A stretch of DNA of 64,000 bases, taken from the IMG/VR virus record IMGVR_UViG_3300034072_000926, positions 1 through 64,000 of that record. The stretch is one strand, 5' to 3'. The notes under the pieces were generated by a model. The model searched no databases. It saw only the letters and a list, made by a program, of their open reading frames with translations, and was not told where the DNA came from. The position numbers and the translations under genes were made by a program. Of this stretch, positions 32,155 to 42,273 are shown one piece after another; within the stretch, counting starts at the first letter, position 1; each line of letters begins with the position of its first letter.

Positions 32155-32388
32155 TCAACCATTCTTTGGTCGGAAATTTACAACTATTAGGTTATCATCT
32201 TGTTCTAGGACGCGATTGCTATCGTCGAGCGCTTCTGCGGCTTCTGTCGTCCAGTCAAGATGCAATAGGAGGGATTCTGCCAACTCTGCAATGGTTGTGT
32301 TATGTTCGCCGTTGCATAGGTAAAAATCCAATGCAAGCATGAGCATATTCAGCTCGTCTAGTGTTAAATCGTTTACGTTGTGTCTCAT
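32155..32388 (-). CDS. hypothetical protein
   Basis: Start MRHNV after GAG; 77 aa. Confidence 0.6.
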   Translation of the reverse strand: MRHNVNDLTLDELNMLMLALDFYLCNGEHNTTIAELAESLLLHLDWTTEAAEALDDSNRVLEQDDNLIVVNFRPKNG

Positions 32389-32455
32389 TTGCTCACCAAA
32401 ATGGGGAGAAGTTTCCTTCTCCCCACTATAGCAAAACTGGAGATTTATCGCTATA

Positions 32456-33304
32456 TTAACCCTGCCAACCTTTTGGTGGCTTGCAACCACCAGCAAAGGC
32501 ACTAGGCAGATCCTTGACGACAACTTCCTTTTTCACGACCTCAATACCACGCTTTTCGAGGTTGCGACGGCTATCATAGTAGACTTCCATCGTGGCTTTC
32601 AATTCACCACGGGTGAAATCAACCGTCTGCGTCTTGAAGTCAGCCTTGTCACCAAAGCCTGCACCCATTTCGAACGGATTCTCAAGAGGTGCCGGATTGC
32701 TCACGATGGTATCAGAGATCGACGTCATCGAAGCAGTCGAGGCCAATGGCGTCATGCTGCGAAGACCCTTAACAGTAGATGCCGTGAGTGGAACTGCATC
32801 AGCTGAACTTGCCGTCCAATATGGATCCCTTGGCATTCCAGGCACCCATGGTGTTTGGAATGGGTTAGGACGGGGGTGAGGATAGTGATGAACGTGATGA
32901 ACCACCGGCTTAGCGACTTCATCATAGACCATTACACCAATGACGCCAGTGATGATCTCTTCGCCTTCCTCTGCGGTCAAAGCACTGTAGGACTTCTCCT
33001 TGTCCTCAAACGTGAACTTTGCCACGCTGTCGCTATTGAGTGTCCAGCCAGGAATACGGATCGAACCCCAAGGGGAGACCACATAGCCACGGCTTTCAGG
33101 AGTTGCTCGCTCACCGGTGAAGATGCTCTTGCCGTCCACACTAGGAACGACGAGAACGCGCTTGCCGGTCTTGTTCTTGAACTCTAGTTCGAATTCAGAA
33201 CCTTTGCGGCCTTCGATGAAGATATTGCCCTCATGGGCATATTCGGTGACGGGACGGTCTTTGACCAAGATATTGAGCTCATAGGCTCTAGTCGCATTGA
33301 ACAT
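32456..33304 (-). CDS. conserved hypothetical protein
   Basis: 282 aa, GGAG RBS, ATAAATA upstream. Confidence 0.8.
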   Translation of the reverse strand: MFNATRAYELNILVKDRPVTEYAHEGNIFIEGRKGSEFELEFKNKTGKRVLVVPSVDGKSIFTGERATPESRGYVVSPWGSIRIPGWTLNSDSVAKFTFEDKEKSYSALTAEEGEEIITGVIGVMVYDEVAKPVVHHVHHYPHPRPNPFQTPWVPGMPRDPYWTASSADAVPLTASTVKGLRSMTPLASTASMTSISDTIVSNPAPLENPFEMGAGFGDKADFKTQTVDFTRGELKATMEVYYDSRRNLEKRGIEVVKKEVVVKDLPSAFAGGCKPPKGWQG

Positions 33305-33361
33305 GCTATTTCTCCACTGCCTACCTACGTGTAGGACTTTTGAGGGGCCATCCCCTCAACT

Positions 33362-33727
33362 CTATTTATGTAGAGCCAAATACACTAATAGCACATATGT
33401 GAGTTGATGTGCAAGTTGATCAGCGCCCAAGAGATTCCAGAACGCTTTATCCTTCATGTTGATTGAATACCAGCCAGTTATCTTTGATTTCAGATAATCC
33501 AAGTGGTAATGGATCAGAGTATCTATGATGAATACCTGAGCAGCAATGGCTTCAAAGCCCAACATGCCAAAAACAAAGGCCGTTCCACATCCATGGAAGA
33601 AGGCATGATGCACACCACCTTCATGGAGGTAACGACCCTTGTTCTCGAGCATATATTTGAACTGGAAGACGTAATCAAACAGGAAGTGTTTGATCAGGAG
33701 CCCAGTCATCAACCAAAGTGCTATCAT
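33362..33727 (-). CDS. DUF3307 membrane protein
   Basis: KHFLFDY..Q...K...H...HG...HY.LDY.K...LGADQLAHQ. Confidence 0.85.
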   Translation of the reverse strand: MIALWLMTGLLIKHFLFDYVFQFKYMLENKGRYLHEGGVHHAFFHGCGTAFVFGMLGFEAIAAQVFIIDTLIHYHLDYLKSKITGWYSINMKDKAFWNLLGADQLAHQLTYVLLVYLALHK

Positions 33728-33731
33728 GCAC

Positions 33732-34196
33732 TCAGTTTACGGGAGGCGAGTCCTCGTTGTCAATTTCCTTCACATCGTCTTGCTTGCTCAGGAGTAGAGG
33801 CAAGATAGCGAAGATGATTGCCAGTGCAATGACAATCTTAATGGGCTGACCCTTTGCTGAGGTTGCCGCTGCACTGATGACAAAGAATGCCAAGAGGGAA
33901 GTGCTCACCGGACGGAGACGGAAGTAGGTCTCGACCTTATCGAGGAGGTTCTTGTCTCCCTCGATACGACCGGCCAGTGTCTTTTCCGTCTCCGTCACAT
34001 AGCCCTCAGGATTGTCAGCAGTGCGGTTCTGAGGGTTCAACGGATCATACTGCATACGATTCAACGTCTTGTGCAGATACGCTATAAGACGTCGGAAGGG
34101 TGCAAATCGAAGCAGATATCGGTCATACCGAGCCAACAGGCTGTTGCTGGCTTCTTCCACCTTGTGGGAGAAATCTGCAAAGAAACGTTGATTCAT
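33732..34196 (-). CDS. membrane hypothetical protein
   Basis: Two C-terminal TM helices. Confidence 0.65.
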   Translation of the reverse strand: MNQRFFADFSHKVEEASNSLLARYDRYLLRFAPFRRLIAYLHKTLNRMQYDPLNPQNRTADNPEGYVTETEKTLAGRIEGDKNLLDKVETYFRLRPVSTSLLAFFVISAAATSAKGQPIKIVIALAIIFAILPLLLSKQDDVKEIDNEDSPPVN

Positions 34197-34762
34197 GGAA
34201 GTCTATCTATCACCTTATTGAGGAGTCGACGCATACGAGAATCATTCAGACTAGCAACCTCTACCAGTGATGCCCACTTTGCCGAGAATACCTCTTCGGC
34301 CTGTGGCATGGGCTCTAGTTCTTCCTTTGCAATACCAACATAAAGGAAATCATGATGGTAATGCCGGCCCTCTTGCTTTGTAGGGTTGGGCGGAATGATG
34401 TGACTGTCTATGTCAAGTGCGACATAGTCCTCATGATCCCACCAGTCAACCATATCTAAGGGGAAGCCAGTTTCTTCCTCGAGTTCACGTATAGCTGAAG
34501 TTCGCATTGGAACTTCACCCTCATAGTGTCCACCAGGACAGAGCCACTTGTTCAGCCCTTTGTGATGGATCAGAAGGATCTTAGTCTTCGATGGATTGAG
34601 GAGCAAGAACGAGCTAGTCACATGACCAGTCATGTTCTTGCGGTCCTGTAGGTTTTCTTCCATTTCGACCTGCATCCGGAGAACCTCGAAGAGCGATTCG
34701 TCTTCACCAGTCCTCTTTAGATATAGGTCGAGATGTTCACCAACCAAATATGTCCAGTTCAA
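34193..34762 (-). CDS. NUDIX hydrolase
   Basis: PGGHYEGE....SAIRELEEETG Nudix box. Confidence 0.9.
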   Translation of the reverse strand: MNWTYLVGEHLDLYLKRTGEDESLFEVLRMQVEMEENLQDRKNMTGHVTSSFLLLNPSKTKILLIHHKGLNKWLCPGGHYEGEVPMRTSAIRELEEETGFPLDMVDWWDHEDYVALDIDSHIIPPNPTKQEGRHYHHDFLYVGIAKEELEPMPQAEEVFSAKWASLVEVASLNDSRMRRLLNKVIDRLP

Positions 34763-34896
34763 GGATGCACCCCGAGTTGCGAAAGAATGTTGACTGCAAC
34801 CTGTCGCTCGAGAGCAATCTGCTCAGGAGTAGGGTCGACAAATCGAGCGAGGTTAAACTTGAGTATAATGTTCAGCTTGTGTTCGTAGCTGGACAT
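34759..34896 (-). CDS. small hypothetical protein (45 aa)
   Basis: Hand-translated MSSYEHKL...; TAATG coupling to clpS stop. Confidence 0.55.
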   Translation of the reverse strand: MSSYEHKLNIILKFNLARFVDPTPEQIALERQVAVNILSQLGVHP

Positions 34897-35189
34897 TATG
34901 CCACTTCGCTGATAGTCTTGAGGGGATGCTTATACTGGTTTGCAGCCGAGTTAGCTTCCTGGACCTTCAGGTCAGCGACTTCCTTCGTGTAGGTGCCCAC
35001 GATACCGCGGCCCTGCTCATGAACGTTCTGTGCCAGTTCCATCGCTTCCGGATAGGACTTGCTGAAAATGTCGGTCAGGACACGAACAACAAAAGGCAGT
35101 GGGGTGAAATCGTCGTTCAGGATGACAACCTTATAAAGGCTCGGAACCTTCAGCTTGGTGGTCGTCTGAGTGTCTAGTGCGGTGCTCAT
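34896..35189 (-). CDS. clpS: ATP-dependent Clp protease adaptor ClpS
   Basis: PSLYKVVILNDDFTP..FVV.VL..IF...A..L...VH..GRGIVG. Confidence 0.92.
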   Translation of the reverse strand: MSTALDTQTTTKLKVPSLYKVVILNDDFTPLPFVVRVLTDIFSKSYPEAMELAQNVHEQGRGIVGTYTKEVADLKVQEANSAANQYKHPLKTISEVA

Positions 35190-35213
35190 AGGGTCTCCTT
35201 GTTCTACCCGTAA

Positions 35214-36086
35214 TTATGCAAGTAGGTTGACAGAATCAACAACTTTTTCAGACTTCTTGCCTTTCTTTCGGCCAGCTGGTTCAGGCTCATTTCGCTCAAA
35301 CGGCGACTTTTGTGCTTGATTTCTAATTTTCAACTTCAGGCTTTCTAAGCCTGAAGATTCAATAACTGTTGGCGTATCTTTGCCTAGACTCAAAAAGGTG
35401 CTTAGTTTAATTTCACCTTTGTTACGCTTTGCTTCTGTTTTCTTAACTCGGTTAGTCGTCAAACAGACAACCACCTGGTCACCGGAGATTTCCCATGCTC
35501 CAACTAGAGGATTTTCAGAATCCTCCATTACCACTAGAATAGTCGGACGACGTTTGTCCTCGGCATCGCCGATATGAGAAAAACTTCCTGAGATGTTACT
35601 CTGTAGGCCAGTAGCATTAAGATTACCAGAAGGGGAAGTATCGCCGTAGCCAGTATAGATAGTGCCGTTCTTGTTCACCCAGTAGTTCGAACATTCCACA
35701 ATGGCGAGTTTAAGCTCAACATACTCAATCATACCATCTTTGACACGAACTGCATCTGCGCCATGTTTTGCATCAAGGACTACACAACCAACCATAGCAG
35801 CGGCTATGATGTCGTCAGTTTTGCGAAGACGACTCCACTTACCATTCTGAGGAGGGACCGGCTGGAACGTCTTTGGATCAAGTAGCCAAAAAAGAGTAGG
35901 GGTGAAGTGTCCAGAGGCAATTCCTAGTTTTAGAATTTCTGTATTCCTCGACACAATCAATTCAATAACAGCCTTACGACCGTCTATCGTCATAGGTAGC
36001 ATATCACTCTCAGCGTCGCACTCGCGACTTATCTTTTTAGACCCGGTCTTTTCGACTCTCCGGTCCGTGTTCTTGTTATTCCGCAC
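35214..36086 (-). CDS. hypothetical protein, possible PD-(D/E)XK nuclease
   Basis: GADAV......YVELKL motif; AT-richer than neighbours. Confidence 0.45.
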   Translation of the reverse strand: MRNNKNTDRRVEKTGSKKISRECDAESDMLPMTIDGRKAVIELIVSRNTEILKLGIASGHFTPTLFWLLDPKTFQPVPPQNGKWSRLRKTDDIIAAAMVGCVVLDAKHGADAVRVKDGMIEYVELKLAIVECSNYWVNKNGTIYTGYGDTSPSGNLNATGLQSNISGSFSHIGDAEDKRRPTILVVMEDSENPLVGAWEISGDQVVVCLTTNRVKKTEAKRNKGEIKLSTFLSLGKDTPTVIESSGLESLKLKIRNQAQKSPFERNEPEPAGRKKGKKSEKVVDSVNLLA

Positions 36087-36132
36087 TTATGCAATAGGTG
36101 AGAACGATTTGCAATATTCAGGTGAACATGAG

Positions 36133-36303
36133 ACAAGAAAGGGCGACTCAATGGCCGCCCTTTGGAAGACTAAAAGATGCGCCTTGCTCCCAGCAAGCCC
36201 GTTTAACTGCGCGATGCGGTTACACATCTTCCCGTCAACAGTTTGCGCTCTCCCGAAGCCCTAGCACCGGGGAGGGGAAACGGGACCCTCCGCTCAACCG
36301 TTA
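36133..36303 (-). ncRNA. candidate stand-alone sRNA
   Basis: TTGACA-18-TAGACA promoter; hairpins; terminator AAAGGGCG-N10-CGCCCTTT-CTT. Confidence 0.45.
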
Positions 36304-36338
36304 ACAGATGTCTAAGGCTAGCGGAGGGTGTTTGTCAA

Positions 36339-38963
36339 TTACTCAGCTTCACGAACCTTGATATAGTTGTTTGGCTGATGTCCGTCTGCTGGTGGCATGA
36401 ACGGGATCTTGAACTTCGTTGGATCAGGCATCCTCATATATGCAACAGCCATAGATGAGGTGGTTCTATCCGATGCACCAGTTATATAGCCATCATGAAT
36501 AGAGATATACGAATCAAACTGACCATATGCGTTACCATACGATTGAGTCCAGTTCTGTCCATCATTGCTAGTGAACTGGAATGTACCAGAGTTGGTATCA
36601 ACGGCTAGTGTGTTGACATTGGTGTTGTAGCAGCCAAATGCAACGAAGCCCTTGCCAGTGTAAGTTACAGCGGTAAAGATAGTCGCTGCTGAAACTGCAA
36701 CTGTTGAAGAGGAGACCGGATTAAGAGCTGGGCGACAGATGGTAGGAGTCCATGTAATGCCATCACCTGAGGAATAGGCGACCGGTAGATAGGAAACCAT
36801 ACCTGCGGTGCTTGAGTTACTAGATGCAGTATAACCAACTGCAACAAAAAGATCATTACTCGCAGCAGGTATTGACCTAGTAGACAATGGTGCCAATGTC
36901 CAATTACCGGTTCCACTAATAGGAAGAACAAAAAACGATACAAAGGCATTAGAGCTTGCCTGATGGACAACGCCGATAAACCTAGAAGTTGTTAGAATCT
37001 TAACTACCGTAAGAGTATTAGGAAGGTTGATCGTTGTCCACGTGATACCATCGGAGCTCTTCAGGAGTAGAGAAGTATTTGCACCGCTTGCATACCAAGT
37101 GTTCGTATTAGAATCATAGGTCAATGCTGTTAGGTTAACGCCTGTAGCAGGGTTGGATACCGAAGTCCAAGAAGTTCCATTACTAGAGCGATAGATACTG
37201 CCGTTGGAACCAATAGCAATCCAAATACCATTCTGGAAATCGATGGCATTGATATTCACACTTGCTGGAATATCCCAACGAGTAGTCCAAGCCACTCCAT
37301 CAGGAGAAGTGGCAATACCACCATTATTACCATAATGAACGAACAATCCATTCTTATAGATAAAACCCCTTGTCGAAGCAACACCAGTTACAACATGAAC
37401 GTTTGAACTAGACGTAAGACTGCACCTCATTGCAACACCACCGCTTAGGTCTGGATTACTAGAGGTTTGGGCACCACCAGTTGAAAATATTAGATTATTT
37501 CCATCTGTAACTGCACCCTTATATGAAATAGATGAGAAACCAGAAGCTTGGAAAAGCCAATATGCAGAGTTGCCGTTATCAATGGATTTGCTAATACCAG
37601 TCAGTGAACTAGATCCTGGTCCAACAAACCAAATATCACCAGTATCCGTGTTGCGTAGAAGAGTGTTACCACCCCTGAAAGTTGTAACTGAACGCTGAGT
37701 GAATGTTGCGCCATCTGTGGTATTAGACCAAGAGACGTTTGAAGAAGTGATAACACCTGCAGGTGTTGCAATAGCAGCAACACCATTCTGGGCACCCAAC
37801 CCACTCTGAGTAGAATTCAAGGCTGTCCAAGTCACACCATCCGGAGAAGTAGCATTGATACCAGCATAACCAGTTGTTACAAACAGGTTCAAAACCGGAG
37901 ACCAAACAATTGCCGAACGATAGTTCGCGATAGTATTGGCTCGAGCAGTCCAAGTCACACCATCGGGTGATGTTGCAATATTTGCTGTGGCAGTGGTGTT
38001 GCCACCAGCTGCTACCATTATACTTCCGTTGAATGCAATACCATTGATATTGTTGGTCATATTAGAAACTCGTGATGACCAGTTAAGGCCATCCGGACTG
38101 GTCATAAGTGCAGCCGAGGCGCCACCAATAACATAAAGACCAAGTGTGGTATTATAGATACCAGTCAGCGGGACTGCGCTAGTGAACACAGGAATTGTCA
38201 TCTGTGTCCAGGTCACCGCATCAGTAGACGTATAGGAAGCACCACTTGCAGGAGCAAATGCAAAGAAGCGGTTATTAAGGAAGAATAGCTGGGTGAAATT
38301 CGATGTAATATCAGTCTTCAGGCTCCAGGTTAGACCATCAGAGGAGGTCGCAATCTTTGAGCTACCAACAGCTACGAACTTGCCTGCGCCATATACGATT
38401 TTATTAACCGAAACCGACGAACCATCATTCACAACCTGCCATGTCGTTCCGCCATCTGTCGTCACGGTATAGTTGCCTTGGGTATTTGCTACCACTACCG
38501 TATTGCCATTAATCGCAGCGCCTACAGTATTGACGTTAGGGCCACCTGCAGGAGTTGCAATACTAGGTGCAGCTAAGAAAACAGCGCCGTCCATACCATA
38601 GCGATCACCAAACAATTCGTAGAGATCTGCATACTCAACCTTGTCGAGGAAAGATCCATCGGCAAGCATGAACTCTTCACCGGGGCTCACAAATCCCGTT
38701 TTGATTCCACCAATAACCACTGGCTCTCCTTCACCACCAGGACCGGTGGAGTTGATTAGTTCTTGAATGAGGTCTTTGAGGGTATCCTCATTGACATTCG
38801 AAAGGTCTGCTAGGGCAAGAGCGAAACCACCGGGCGTAACTTCGTCATGGACGCGAATGGTCTTGACGGTCGTATCAATGGTGATTTCGCCTTCTTTGCC
38901 AGTAAACAGGTCATTGTCAAGGGTAGAACCTCGACGCATCCTAACTTGTTTTGCTGTAGGCAT
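36339..38963 (-). CDS. tail fibre / receptor-binding protein with Asp-box beta-propeller repeats
   Basis: N-terminal RRG.......FTGKEGEITIDT....IRVHD...PGG (Mtd_N-like); collar-like segment; repeated (S/T)S.DG.TWT. Confidence 0.85.
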   Translation of the reverse strand: MPTAKQVRMRRGSTLDNDLFTGKEGEITIDTTVKTIRVHDEVTPGGFALALADLSNVNEDTLKDLIQELINSTGPGGEGEPVVIGGIKTGFVSPGEEFMLADGSFLDKVEYADLYELFGDRYGMDGAVFLAAPSIATPAGGPNVNTVGAAINGNTVVVANTQGNYTVTTDGGTTWQVVNDGSSVSVNKIVYGAGKFVAVGSSKIATSSDGLTWSLKTDITSNFTQLFFLNNRFFAFAPASGASYTSTDAVTWTQMTIPVFTSAVPLTGIYNTTLGLYVIGGASAALMTSPDGLNWSSRVSNMTNNINGIAFNGSIMVAAGGNTTATANIATSPDGVTWTARANTIANYRSAIVWSPVLNLFVTTGYAGINATSPDGVTWTALNSTQSGLGAQNGVAAIATPAGVITSSNVSWSNTTDGATFTQRSVTTFRGGNTLLRNTDTGDIWFVGPGSSSLTGISKSIDNGNSAYWLFQASGFSSISYKGAVTDGNNLIFSTGGAQTSSNPDLSGGVAMRCSLTSSSNVHVVTGVASTRGFIYKNGLFVHYGNNGGIATSPDGVAWTTRWDIPASVNINAIDFQNGIWIAIGSNGSIYRSSNGTSWTSVSNPATGVNLTALTYDSNTNTWYASGANTSLLLKSSDGITWTTINLPNTLTVVKILTTSRFIGVVHQASSNAFVSFFVLPISGTGNWTLAPLSTRSIPAASNDLFVAVGYTASSNSSTAGMVSYLPVAYSSGDGITWTPTICRPALNPVSSSTVAVSAATIFTAVTYTGKGFVAFGCYNTNVNTLAVDTNSGTFQFTSNDGQNWTQSYGNAYGQFDSYISIHDGYITGASDRTTSSMAVAYMRMPDPTKFKIPFMPPADGHQPNNYIKVREAE

Positions 38964-38974
38964 TTAGAAACTCC

Positions 38975-39160
38975 CTAAGGGTTAGTAGGCGCTTTTGGTA
39001 AAGCACCCCAATCTTCAGAGGAATCATGACGGTCTGTCACGAGGCCCCAGTCGTCGAAGCGTTCTTCGTCTTCGGACACTTGCCACCAATCCTCGAAATT
39101 GATCCTACGAACTAGGATCTTTCCCTTGGGCTTATACTGGCCTTTGAAATGAACAGGCAT
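38975..39160 (-). CDS. small tail-associated protein
   Basis: In operon with tail fibre, AGGGG RBS. Confidence 0.55.
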   Translation of the reverse strand: MPVHFKGQYKPKGKILVRRINFEDWWQVSEDEERFDDWGLVTDRHDSSEDWGALPKAPTNP

Positions 39161-39199
39161 AATGTTTCCCCTGTTATTGTGTCGATCTCAAATGGGGAA

Positions 39200-39224
39200 T
39201 GGGGAGAGTAGGACACTCTCCCCA
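39200..39224 (-). terminator. stem-loop / putative terminator
   Basis: TGGGGAGAG-N7-CTCTCCCCA. Confidence 0.55.
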
Positions 39225-39231
39225 GTATGTT

Positions 39232-40044
39232 TTAGGCAGTAACTTCGTAAGTTACGATGACCTGATCCACTGCATCTAGGGTGTAACCAAGAGCACCAGT
39301 ATCGATGGTGATAACTTTGGTTCCCACGTTGTAGATATAGAGGTTTTCCTTGATCACTAGACCATTGAGGTGAACAATGATCGAACCAGAAATGGTCTTT
39401 GCGTCTAGGGTGAAGGTTTCGTTACCAGCAAATTCGGAACGCTCCTGAGTAACAGTTGCAGCCGCAGTTGCTTCAGTTAGCTGACCAATGGTTGCGATTT
39501 CCTTGTTTGGATCGCTTGCATCGTCTGCATAGTAGATCTTACCAGTGCCGCCACCGTTTAGGAACAGGTTACCAACGCCCTCACCACCGAATAGCGCAAG
39601 GTCTTCGCCATCGTCAGCCTGGATAACACCGCCGCCGGAATTACCAATAACGACGTCGCCACCACCCTTAGGAGCAAGGATGAGGTCAACGTCAGTAGCC
39701 GTGCCAGTAGCCGCAATGGTTACTGAACCTTCAGAGCTCGAGAACTCAAAAGCTTCATCGGATGCAGAACCGGACTTGAACGAAGCAAGAGTGATTGTGT
39801 CATCACCATCAGCGTTCTCAACATCGATCACAACACCAGTGGCGTCTGTGGCCTTTACAGTGTTGAAAGTGTTTTCGGACTTCAGATTATCGTTGATCGA
39901 CCATGCAGGGCGGCCGTCAACCACGCGAAGGATTTGGTCAGCCTTGCCGGTAGCACTAATGACAGTGCCGGTGCCGCCAGTGCCGCCGATTAGCAGATCG
40001 CCTTCTGCTGCCAGCTTTAGCTGTTTTGCTTTAAGTTGAGACAT
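39232..40044 (-). CDS. virion structural (tail) protein
   Basis: Gly/Thr-rich beta repeats; GGAGG RBS; ATAAATA late promoter at ~40077-40083. Confidence 0.7.
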   Translation of the reverse strand: MSQLKAKQLKLAAEGDLLIGGTGGTGTVISATGKADQILRVVDGRPAWSINDNLKSENTFNTVKATDATGVVIDVENADGDDTITLASFKSGSASDEAFEFSSSEGSVTIAATGTATDVDLILAPKGGGDVVIGNSGGGVIQADDGEDLALFGGEGVGNLFLNGGGTGKIYYADDASDPNKEIATIGQLTEATAAATVTQERSEFAGNETFTLDAKTISGSIIVHLNGLVIKENLYIYNVGTKVITIDTGALGYTLDAVDQVIVTYEVTA

Positions 40045-40253
40045 TGGGTTCCTCCAATCGGGAAAACGTTCCTGGTATTTATCCTTTTGGCGGCGATCTG
40101 GATACAAGAAAAGCGGGAAATGACTCCCGCTTTATCTCGTTTAGAAACCAAGCTTTACGCGGATTTCTGCAACTTTCTTTGCAACGAAAGCTGGCTGAGG
40201 AAAGAAATTCCAACCTACAACCAAGCCAACTGCAATACCGATTAGAAAGCTCA

Positions 40254-40607
40254 TCAGGACCTCGCTAATTTGAACAAACTGTTGAACTGAAGAATAGCCT
40301 GACATATTGCATGTGGAAGAGTTGAGCCCTTACTCACAATGTTCACCCCGGCGATTTGGGGATGACTCACAGTCACACTGAACATAGATTCCTCACAGGG
40401 AGAGATCTTGAACGTGCAACCGTGAGTCTTAAACCTTGCAACCAGTTCATGCGCGGTCATTGTGTCAGTCGAGTATGGAGGAACAGGAATGAACTTCTTG
40501 TTCTTCACATCACGCAACTGATGCACACCGGTTTCAGTATCGAGGATAACCACAACACCGAGAACCTTTCGCGCAATCTCTGCATCAAGATCAGGTCCAG
40601 GAATCAT
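40254..40607 (-). CDS. phage ABA-sandwich-domain-like protein
   Basis: DLDAEIARKVLG...PPYSTD...AHELV. Confidence 0.6.
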   Translation of the reverse strand: MIPGPDLDAEIARKVLGVVVILDTETGVHQLRDVKNKKFIPVPPYSTDTMTAHELVARFKTHGCTFKISPCEESMFSVTVSHPQIAGVNIVSKGSTLPHAICQAILQFNSLFKLARS

Positions 40608-40870
40608 TAAGCAGGCTGCTGGCGCAGACGCTTCTTCTGACGACGAATCGCTTCCTGCTTCTTCTTGCGACGGATCTGACCCTTCGTCTCAACATATTCC
40701 TTGCGGCGCATGTCACGAATCAGACCTTCCTGCACGACGCGACGCTTCAGCGTCCTCATAGCAGAATCAAGATTCTTTAGAGCCTGTTCAGCAGTATGAG
40801 CAGGCTTCACATCGACCGTCAGTCCACGCTTGTGGATGTCACGACCATTGCCATTGTAATGTACTCCCAC
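40607..40870 (-). CDS. rpsU: ribosomal protein bS21
   Basis: NLDSAMRTLKRRV..EGLIRDMRRKEYVET.GQIRRKKKQEAIRR. Confidence 0.9.
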   Translation of the reverse strand: MGVHYNGNGRDIHKRGLTVDVKPAHTAEQALKNLDSAMRTLKRRVVQEGLIRDMRRKEYVETKGQIRRKKKQEAIRRQKKRLRQQPA

Positions 40871-40987
40871 GATGGGATCTCCTTATTAGGTTTACTCTAC
40901 TTATATACTGTAAATGGGTGCCAGAGTTCAATATTCTGGTTGACGAAGATACAAGGAGAATATACGGATTGCCCGAAAGGAGACTAT

Positions 40988-41401
40988 ATGAGTTACGCGA
41001 TCGGTTATATCGTTTATGGTCTGGATCTCACAGCCAGTTCATATTCCAGCAATCCACCTGCCTATGATGCCCTCAAGGATATCAAAGATGCAGATGGCGA
41101 ATTTATCCTGAGCGATCTCTTCGAGAATGGCGGGGAAGAACGTGGTTTCGACTCTCGCTATTCCGGTGGCGGCGATCAGCCGCAGTGGTTCGGTGTAACG
41201 ACCGGAAACATCGACGAATGCAATACCGTCGATGGCAATAACCTGATCAAGAAGCTGACTGTCTCGGAAGAGACGGCACAGAAGTATCAGGATCTTCTCG
41301 ACGGTCTCGAAGCGGCCATTACTTCGGAAGAGGACAAGAAGTTCTTCGAAACCCTCAAGAGCTTCGAGCCGAAGGTTATGATTCTCTGGGGTTCCAGCTG
41401 A
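40988..41401 (+). CDS. hypothetical protein
   Basis: AGGAG RBS before MSYAIG. Confidence 0.75.
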   Translation: MSYAIGYIVYGLDLTASSYSSNPPAYDALKDIKDADGEFILSDLFENGGEERGFDSRYSGGGDQPQWFGVTTGNIDECNTVDGNNLIKKLTVSEETAQKYQDLLDGLEAAITSEEDKKFFETLKSFEPKVMILWGSS

Positions 41402-41415
41402 AAGGGAGAAATGAA

Positions 41416-41748
41416 ATGAAGACCATGAAGAGTATCAGCGTTCTGCTGGCTTTCGCTACACTCGCGGCCTGCGGACCCAAGAAGTTCGGCGAAGAGGTTC
41501 GTCAGGTCGAAGTGGGCCAGACATACGTGGATGAAGACATGGGCGAGCTCTACGTCGATATCAAGGACGTATCGAGCGGCCAGAACTGGAAGGTAGGATT
41601 GGGCGAAGAATGTCGCCAGTATCCACTTCCAATGGGCGAACGCTTCATGACGCGATTTGACAAGAGTCGCTATGAGGATAAGCCCGAGGACAAGAACATC
41701 TACTTCTCACCGCAGACGACTCCGATCTGGAACTACCTGTGCGGCTAA
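41416..41748 (+). CDS. putative lipoprotein
   Basis: LAFATLAAC lipobox. Confidence 0.75.
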   Translation: MKTMKSISVLLAFATLAACGPKKFGEEVRQVEVGQTYVDEDMGELYVDIKDVSSGQNWKVGLGEECRQYPLPMGERFMTRFDKSRYEDKPEDKNIYFSPQTTPIWNYLCG

Positions 41749-41755
41749 GTTGAAA

Positions 41756-42268
41756 TCACTTAGCTCTAAGGGCACTTCTTTTCTGTCTCGAAGGGGAGTG
41801 CCTTTTTTGTGACTTTTTGATTTGCGAAGCCGCTTGCTTCTTTCGAAGCTGCATTACCTTACAATCAGGCGCATACTTTTCTCGCAGTTCCCATATTGCA
41901 GCCTTGATCGCTTTGATTGAAGCAGGGGTCGAAACATAGCATTCAGTATAGCCCGAAAATCTAACTGATGGCGTGTAGCGAAACTGTTTCAATTTCGCGT
42001 GAAGTTCTTGTTCCACGTCAAATAGAAGCTTCCTGCTTTCTAGTTTCTGACTGGTCATCAGACTGAAATCGTATCGTTCAACAAACGCATCAGGAAACTT
42101 CGTAAATCTCTCCACGATTTTATCCTGACTGGTCATGCCAATCTTTATGAATTTCTCCACGACATAATTGAATGGAATCTCCTTGGACTCTTTCTTATAG
42201 GAGGCTTTGGATTTGGTTTTCACTCGATAGACATATAGTCGGTGAGTTCTGATTGGATTATTTGACAT
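41756..42268 (-). CDS. T5orf172/GIY-YIG-like endonuclease
   Basis: LYVY...FIKIGMT...ERF...EQELH.KLK..RY.P...F.GYTECY. Confidence 0.7.
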   Translation of the reverse strand: MSNNPIRTHRLYVYRVKTKSKASYKKESKEIPFNYVVEKFIKIGMTSQDKIVERFTKFPDAFVERYDFSLMTSQKLESRKLLFDVEQELHAKLKQFRYTPSVRFSGYTECYVSTPASIKAIKAAIWELREKYAPDCKVMQLRKKQAASQIKKSQKRHSPSRQKRSALRAK

Positions 42269-42273
42269 ATAAT

